Positions 58,355 to 64,000 of a stretch of 64,000 nucleotides of DNA are shown here, piece by piece. The notes under the pieces are model-generated. The model ran no database searches. It saw nothing but the letters and a program-made list of their open reading frames with translations, and was not told where the DNA came from. The DNA lies in NCBI GenBank assembly GCA_041739995.1, contig JBGSMV010000029.1, positions 1 through 64,000 on the forward strand, given 5' to 3'. The DNA is from Bdellovibrionota bacterium. Its GTDB lineage: Bacteria > Bdellovibrionota_C > UBA2361 > JBGSMV01. Made by a program: the position numbers and the translations under genes. Each line of letters opens with the position of its first letter. The first letter of the stretch is position 1.

Positions 58355-58603
58355 TCCTACAGTATCAAGGATCAATGTATCTATTCGTGCCGGATTCCTG
58401 GGCTAAAACCCGGCATGTTTTCGCCTATTCTTCGATCTATTTTACATCCCGGCTTGAGTGATTGCTCCGCGGTGGACTGCTCTGTTATGTGATGTAAGCC
58501 AACCTCGGTTGTTGGTGCGGCTAAGCTGTTCTGAACGTACCGTGTTGTTCTGAACGTACCCCGTTTCCGATTCTTTTACTGTTCTGCTGGTGTAGGGCGT
58601 TCC

Positions 58604-59158
58604 GTGTTCTTAGAAGTCGCTATTTTTTCGCTTCTGATCGTTTTAGCCCGTGTTGCTGACGTTTCGCTCGGTGTCCTGCGCCTTGCCTGTCTTGTTAGAG
58701 GGCTTAGTGCTCCAGCAGTTTCATTGGGATTTTTTGAGGCATTGGTGTGGGTATTTGCCGTCACTAAGGTGACCGCCCATCTCGATCAACCGATTTATAT
58801 GCTGGCTTATGCGGGCGGATTTGCGATCGGCAACTATGTGGGCATCGAGATAGATCGCCGTATTGCTTTCGGCAGCCAGGTGGTGCGCATTTTCACCAGG
58901 CGGGGCGTCGAGATGGGGAAAATGTTTAGGGAATCAGGGCTTAAAGTGACGACCTTCCGAGGGGAGGGAAAGGACGGAGAGATTGACCTATTGTTGCTCA
59001 AGTGCCCGCGGCGGGACGTGAGAGGAGTTCTTGCGAAGGCCTATGGCCTTGATGAGAAGAGCTTCTCGATCGTCGATGATGTGACTGAGAGCAATGCGCT
59101 GCAGCGCAGGGTGATGCGTGAGGCCAAGCGCCGTTGGTTCTCAATCTTTCGGCGATAA
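58604..59158 (+). CDS. UPF0316/DUF2179-family membrane protein
   Basis: ARVADVSLG.LR, GFFEALVW, AYAGGFAIGNYVG, GEGKDG. Confidence 0.85.
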   Translation: MFLEVAIFSLLIVLARVADVSLGVLRLACLVRGLSAPAVSLGFFEALVWVFAVTKVTAHLDQPIYMLAYAGGFAIGNYVGIEIDRRIAFGSQVVRIFTRRGVEMGKMFRESGLKVTTFRGEGKDGEIDLLLLKCPRRDVRGVLAKAYGLDEKSFSIVDDVTESNALQRRVMREAKRRWFSIFRR

Positions 59159-59258
59159 CACCTACTTACCCAAAGCGTCGACTTCCCTTCGGAGCGGGTG
59201 TAGGAATGGGGATCCGCGTTGGAGTAGCCACTTGCAGGAGAGGTGTCTCGTACCAGCT

Positions 59259-59377
59259 CTAGTGTGCTGAGTGAGAAGTTCAGATAAGAACCTTGCTCGC
59301 TGTTCTCTTTGTGTATTCATTAAATTCACAAGGAGAACAGCGAGCGCGGCGAGAAATATTCATCGAACTCTTAACTC
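59259..59377. mobile_element. MITE-like palindromic repeat, copy 3 (shorter, diverged)
   Basis: ctagtgtgctgagtgagaagttc...gaactcttaactc ends; internal hairpin gctcgctgttctc/gagaacagcgagc. Confidence 0.75.
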
Positions 59378-59728
59378 TTGGTGCTCGGCCGTCCTACTCT
59401 TAAGACGCTTTGCTCTTTTACTTTGAGTGACTCCTTTGACTCACGGCATCTGTGTGGCCGTCCTGGAATTTGAACCGGCGAGCAAGTGCTGTGTTGGGCT
59501 GAGTATAATTTTTTACGTCCCGCATTTGATTTCTGGAGATCATTCGGTAAAAGGCTGCCGCCTGTGGAGCGGCGAGGAGTTTAACTGGCCCTAAAGTGGA
59601 GATGTCGGTGACAGTACTTTCTTTTGGTAGGAAAGTTGTTCCGGGCAATAGTGTTGGTGTTTGATAGTGAATAGTGCTGTTTAGTATCGCTGTGCTGGCA
59701 GCGAGCTTTCGAAGTTTGAGAGTAGTTC

Positions 59729-62700
59729 ATGATAGGTCCCTCAGAATCAGCGGCATCAGATGCCACGGATGGCTTGCTATCCTCCCAGGCTGCCGAATCC
59801 AAAGAGTTCTCTAAGTTCCCTGGGGAAGGTTCTCGGGTAACTGAAAGCGGCACTAGTGACGCATTGGACGCTCTTATAGCCCCTTCAAAGGGCGCGCTCG
59901 AAGCTCCGGCGTTACCTGGGAAAGTGCCTTTGGGGAAGGTCGCAGAGCACCTAGAGAAATTTATCAAAGAGGCACTTAAGGACTCTGACCATCAACCGCT
60001 GGGGGTGCTTGATGAATCCCTCAAGGAGCTTTCTAAGTTGCTCGGCTCAAGCGGAGAAGACGATGATATTCCCACAAAAGGTCTGAAAATTTCATATCGA
60101 CTGGGGCACCTATCTGAACTTAGTTCGGTCGACCGCCGGCGTTCAGTCAAAGCTCTGTGGGCCTGCGCGCTGAGTGGAAGTCGCCTGTCGCCGGAAATGC
60201 GAGCCGTGCTGTCCCGAATGCAGAATGTACTCGCACCTGACGAGAAAGAATCGCTGGCGAAGTGGCTCTATAACGTATCTAAGGGCGATGCTGAAGGAGA
60301 AAATGGAATCACTGCGGTGATTGGAGAAAGTGGACGTTTGCAAGCACGGAAGTTGTTGGAGATTGTATTGGAAGGGTGCAAAACGCTTACCGAATTACGA
60401 GCGGTAGTAGATGGAGTTGGAAAGCGAAATCTGATCGCGTTACGCGAACGTCCAATATCCGAGTTTGTGGCCGTTCGAGTTCTTGGATCTCGGATGCGCG
60501 AATGGCGCAAGTTCTCGATCACAGCTCCGATGCAAGCTCGTTCTATAAAGCGAGGAGGCTTTCTCAAAGAAAAAGCTCCGGCGCCAGTGGCGCAGCGCAG
60601 ACTCAAAAGTATTGCTGAAGAGCTCGATCTGAGAAGAAAAGCTCTTTCTGAGAACGGTCGCTTTGCGCGCTCTCAAGCCTACAAGAGCTACATGGCGATT
60701 CTAGACAAGAATGAACAGTACCTACGCAGTGAGCGTAGAAGGTGCAAAAGCACTAAAGACCGAGTTGCGCTAGCAAATTTACTTACGGCCACGATGGCGG
60801 TGGAGTTCAAGTATAATTTGAGACTTACTGTGGAGCGTGATGGAGCCGGCAAGCCTAAGTGTCGATGGACGGAAAGTTGGGTGCGCGACGTTGGGGCAGC
60901 TCTGGGCGGTCTTCCCGAGATGTTGATAATCGCTACACCGAAGCTCAGACAAGTGCGCCTAATCGAGGCATTCAAGGATGGTTCCTATGGGCAACGAAAG
61001 AGTAATGGTCTCGTAGAGCTTTCTTCCGACGCGGTGGGTGCGGAGTCACGCGATAAAATGGCGGGGCATGTGAGATTTGCGCGTTCCCTCATCACTCATG
61101 AAGTCGGTCACAGCATTTTTTATGGGAAGGCCGGCTGGGGGGGTGCGAAGTCAAAGGAGAATGTTGAAGAGCTCGGTCGTAAGAGCTCGCCGAAATTTGA
61201 TTTTCGAGGATTTCTTGAAATAGCAGGATGGAACGTGATCTCGCCGGACCGTTGGAAGCTCGATCAATCGCAAGAGTTGGTCACGGTGGATGGAGAACCT
61301 CAGCGCCTTATGAGACCTGTGCGCCTAAAGGGATCTAGTAGCGACGTGATTTTGTCTTATCAAGGTGAAGATCGCACTCTATATAGCTTTTCCAAACCTG
61401 AGGGGCTTCCGTCCAGTAGTTATGGTGCCGCGGATCCCTTTGAGGACCTTGCCGAAGGCTTTGTTGAATACCGCTATGCTCCGCATCGACTGATAAAAAT
61501 TGCGCCATGGAAATTTCTGTGGTTTGAAGGCGAATTGGGGCTCTACGAAGTCTCCTCAGGGAAAGACTCTAGTGTGCGAGAGGCTCTCTCAGTGAAACTT
61601 CCCGGTCTTTTCCCGCCCCGTCGGGATTTAGCGACGAAGCCGCTTGCCGAGCTTACCTTAGATCGTGTTTCCACTAGTGCCTCGGAGATCCAGTCTCTGG
61701 TTTTGCCCCGTCGAGATATCAAGGCTCTGCCAGTATCCGAAGCCCAGGTCGGGCATTTTTGCTGGAAGGTTTTTAGGGAGGGAGGCGAGATTGAGGCAAG
61801 ACTCACGTCGCCGATGGCTCCTCCTAGTTCGCGTGAAGGCAGCAGTGAAATCATAACGGTTCCAAACCTGCGCCTATCGGAAACCCAGACCATGACCCTG
61901 CTGTTGCTTGGTTTGCGCGGAGCCTCCCAGACTATCCCAGGAGATCCCATCCCCGAACATTCGAGAGTGTTGAACCTTTTGAATTGGGTAGAGGCGCGTA
62001 AAATTCCGTGGAGCTCCCCGTTAGCGGCGAACAAAGTTGAGCTCTCCGCCCATTTGCTAGAGATTATCGGAGATTCCGAGGGACGAGCGTTTTGGGATAG
62101 GCATCTTCGAAGCACTGAAGTGCTGCCGGGTATTATTTCTGTCCGTTGCGCGAATAGTGAGTTGCTTGCATCTGCCTTCTGTAGATTGCAAGAGCACTAT
62201 GAGGGGCCACATTTTCACGGAAAGGTATTCTCCTTAGACGAGTATAAGCAGTGGTATCGCAAGGAGGCCAAGGCCGGGGTCTTTTCCTACTATGAGGATT
62301 GGGGTGGTTTTAACGTACCCCGAGCAGCAGTACTGAGCTTTTTAGACGGGGAGTTCCCGAATCTTCGAGTAAGGGAAGAGAGTCTGTTGGCGAGGGCGAC
62401 GCAGAACAAAGATGCTTCTTACCTTATCGGTGTTCCGGAGGGTCAGGAGGAGCAGGAAACCTTCAATCACGAGCTAAGCCATGCGCTGTGGGCGACCAAT
62501 GAATCTTATCGCGAAGAAGCTGGTCGAATTGTTAAGGCTCTACCTTTGGAGAGTTTCCGTAGGTGGTTGATTGAGAGTGGATATTGCGATCAGGTGTTGG
62601 ATGACGAGTGCGCGGCCCACCTAGTGGATGAGGCGTCGCCGTTCTCGCACTTAACATCTGCTAGATGCGCTAATGTTTCGGCCAAAGATCGAAAGAGGGT

Positions 62701-62779
62701 GCGAGAAGGTCATCTGGAGATCGAGCAACTATTCTCGCGGTATTCTACGGGAGCCTGGGAGCGGCACGCTTCGATTTGA
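59729..62779 (+). CDS. large orphan protein with two HExxH zincin-like motifs
   Basis: ITHEVGHS with downstream YGAADPFEDLAEGF; a second motif FNHELSHA with downstream DE; S-rich N-terminus. Confidence 0.65.
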   Translation: MIGPSESAASDATDGLLSSQAAESKEFSKFPGEGSRVTESGTSDALDALIAPSKGALEAPALPGKVPLGKVAEHLEKFIKEALKDSDHQPLGVLDESLKELSKLLGSSGEDDDIPTKGLKISYRLGHLSELSSVDRRRSVKALWACALSGSRLSPEMRAVLSRMQNVLAPDEKESLAKWLYNVSKGDAEGENGITAVIGESGRLQARKLLEIVLEGCKTLTELRAVVDGVGKRNLIALRERPISEFVAVRVLGSRMREWRKFSITAPMQARSIKRGGFLKEKAPAPVAQRRLKSIAEELDLRRKALSENGRFARSQAYKSYMAILDKNEQYLRSERRRCKSTKDRVALANLLTATMAVEFKYNLRLTVERDGAGKPKCRWTESWVRDVGAALGGLPEMLIIATPKLRQVRLIEAFKDGSYGQRKSNGLVELSSDAVGAESRDKMAGHVRFARSLITHEVGHSIFYGKAGWGGAKSKENVEELGRKSSPKFDFRGFLEIAGWNVISPDRWKLDQSQELVTVDGEPQRLMRPVRLKGSSSDVILSYQGEDRTLYSFSKPEGLPSSSYGAADPFEDLAEGFVEYRYAPHRLIKIAPWKFLWFEGELGLYEVSSGKDSSVREALSVKLPGLFPPRRDLATKPLAELTLDRVSTSASEIQSLVLPRRDIKALPVSEAQVGHFCWKVFREGGEIEARLTSPMAPPSSREGSSEIITVPNLRLSETQTMTLLLLGLRGASQTIPGDPIPEHSRVLNLLNWVEARKIPWSSPLAANKVELSAHLLEIIGDSEGRAFWDRHLRSTEVLPGIISVRCANSELLASAFCRLQEHYEGPHFHGKVFSLDEYKQWYRKEAKAGVFSYYEDWGGFNVPRAAVLSFLDGEFPNLRVREESLLARATQNKDASYLIGVPEGQEEQETFNHELSHALWATNESYREEAGRIVKALPLESFRRWLIESGYCDQVLDDECAAHLVDEASPFSHLTSARCANVSAKDRKRVREGHLEIEQLFSRYSTGAWERHASI

Positions 62780-63124
62780 TTTATCGACCTAATACGAGCT
62801 GGAGAGTTCCGGACCGAAATACCTAGTCATTCTTGCAAATTCGAACCTACGAAAAGGGAGTGATTTGGGATGGGGGGTGCTGAACGTGCCTCGATCTGCG
62901 CGCCAGACTCCGGTGTCGCTCCCCCTTGCTTGTGGAGACTTTACTGTGAGAGACTTCGTAAGATATTGATCCCACGAGAGATCTAGCCACAGAGGCGCCT
63001 GCGCCCCTGGTTAATTTCCAAAGCGTGAATTCATTGTAGCCTGCTTTGGCGGTTTCTCTATTTGCCGAATTGAAAATTTCTTGTCGGCTAAAAAATTTGG
63101 AGGAGCGAACTAGCGCTCGAGAAT

Positions 63125-63922
63125 ATGAGCTCAATCATTCAGGCAGTACCGGATTTCTTTACCGAAACGATAGCATACCGGGAGTTCCTCAAGCAGTCAG
63201 TCCTAAGGGACTTGAGGACCAAGTATAAACGCAACGTGCTTGGCTACGTCTGGACGATGCTGCACCCGCTCGCCATGATGGCCATCCTCTCGGTCGTGTT
63301 CTCCCAGCTCTTGAGAGTGGGCATCAAGGATTATGCGATTTTCCTCTTCTGTGGACTTCTCCCCTGGAACTATTTTCAATCTACGGTGCTCATGTCCCTA
63401 GGGACGATACGAGCGAGTGCTCGTCTTTTTACTCAGGTGCCGGTACCTAAGTTCTTATTCGTCCTTTCTATTTCTTGCTCGAATTTGGTGAATCTGCTGT
63501 TTGCATTGGTCCCTCTTTTGATTTTGGCCTTTGTTTTTCAGCATGAACTTACCCCAGCTGTTTTTGCTTTCCCACTGATGCTCGTCCCGGTGTTCTTCTT
63601 CACCATGGGTGTGTCGCTTCTGGTGGCAACATTTAATATTTTCTTTAATGATACAAACCATCTGACCGAGGTGGGACTTTCCGCGATATATTTTCTTTCC
63701 CCGATTCTTTATGAGCGTTCGATGCTGCCTGAGAATTTGCAGTGGTGGCTTGATTTCAATCCGATGGTTGCTCAGATCGACCTATTTAGGGGCATTTTTT
63801 ATTCTGGGGTTCTGCCTGATCCTTGGACGTATTTGTTCGTGTTGGCACAATCCTTTGTAGTGCTTCTCATAGGACTGCTGTTCTTTCGTCGACTCGAAGA
63901 TAAGTTTTTATATTACGTATGA
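63125..63922 (+). CDS. wzm: ABC-2 polysaccharide export permease
   Basis: RDLRTKYKRNVLGYVW..LHPL, GLLPWNYF, SPILY, FNPM. Confidence 0.9.
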   Translation: MSSIIQAVPDFFTETIAYREFLKQSVLRDLRTKYKRNVLGYVWTMLHPLAMMAILSVVFSQLLRVGIKDYAIFLFCGLLPWNYFQSTVLMSLGTIRASARLFTQVPVPKFLFVLSISCSNLVNLLFALVPLLILAFVFQHELTPAVFAFPLMLVPVFFFTMGVSLLVATFNIFFNDTNHLTEVGLSAIYFLSPILYERSMLPENLQWWLDFNPMVAQIDLFRGIFYSGVLPDPWTYLFVLAQSFVVLLIGLLFFRRLEDKFLYYV

Positions 63923-64000
63923 AAGATAAACATTCGCGTCGAATTATATTGCCCGAAGGGCGCACTGCCGAGTCTGCTTACGAGGTAGACCCCGGAATCT
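63919..64000 (+). CDS. 5' start of next gene, probably the cognate ABC ATPase (wzt), truncated by the window edge
   Basis: ATGA overlap with the wzm stop, frame open to the window end; identity inferred from synteny only. Confidence 0.45.
   Translation, partial: MKDKHSRRIILPEGRTAESAYEVDPGI

Noticed and set aside
58527..58560. LexA/SOS box in the tgttctgaacgtacc repeat
   Set aside because: The spacing fits neither GTTC-N7-GTTC nor GAAC-N4-GTTC; treated as a simple duplication.
1..64000. tRNA/rRNA genes
   Set aside because: No cloverleaf with a T-loop GTTCGA in proper context and no rRNA-like tract was noticed in intergenic regions by eye; tRNAscan-SE/barrnap would be decisive.

Overview
Bacterial chromosomal window; gene content (flagellar export genes, a flagellin carrying FG-GAP-like repeats, large orphan proteins) suggests a deltaproteobacterial/Bdellovibrionota-like organism, which is inference only. 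The backbone is mostly housekeeping: glutathione peroxidase, livKHMGF, GT4 glycosyltransferase, type-2 ileS with a GVHH signature, fliH/fliI, flhB-flhA-flhF-flhG-fliA, two kinases, radD, yciH, fabD, an M16 peptidase pair, a CADD-like oxidase, mutM, rplM-rpsI and wzm. The standout is a ~9 kb module at 44755-53820. It contains a stand-alone group-II-like reverse transcriptase with non-canonical nucleotide-selecting residues (DVQNYG, PAG, FGDD), preceded by a hairpin-rich region with a 12-bp long-range inverted repeat (candidate ncRNA). The RT gene is coupled by ATGA overlaps to a ~12-TM flippase-like protein and a membrane-anchored phospholipase-D-fold protein. A three-gene ABC exporter lies divergent to it, and two inverted copies of a ~145-bp MITE-like repeat bracket the whole block. 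I do not recognise this architecture among described RT systems. Also notable are an IS91/ISCR remnant with a duplicated oriIS-like end that flanks a passenger gene and truncates a surface-protein gene, a tandem-LOG protein flanked by a duplicated livF fragment, a LivG with a membrane insertion, a possible 6S-like RNA, and many short tandem duplications. All calls were made by eye from motifs; no searches were run.
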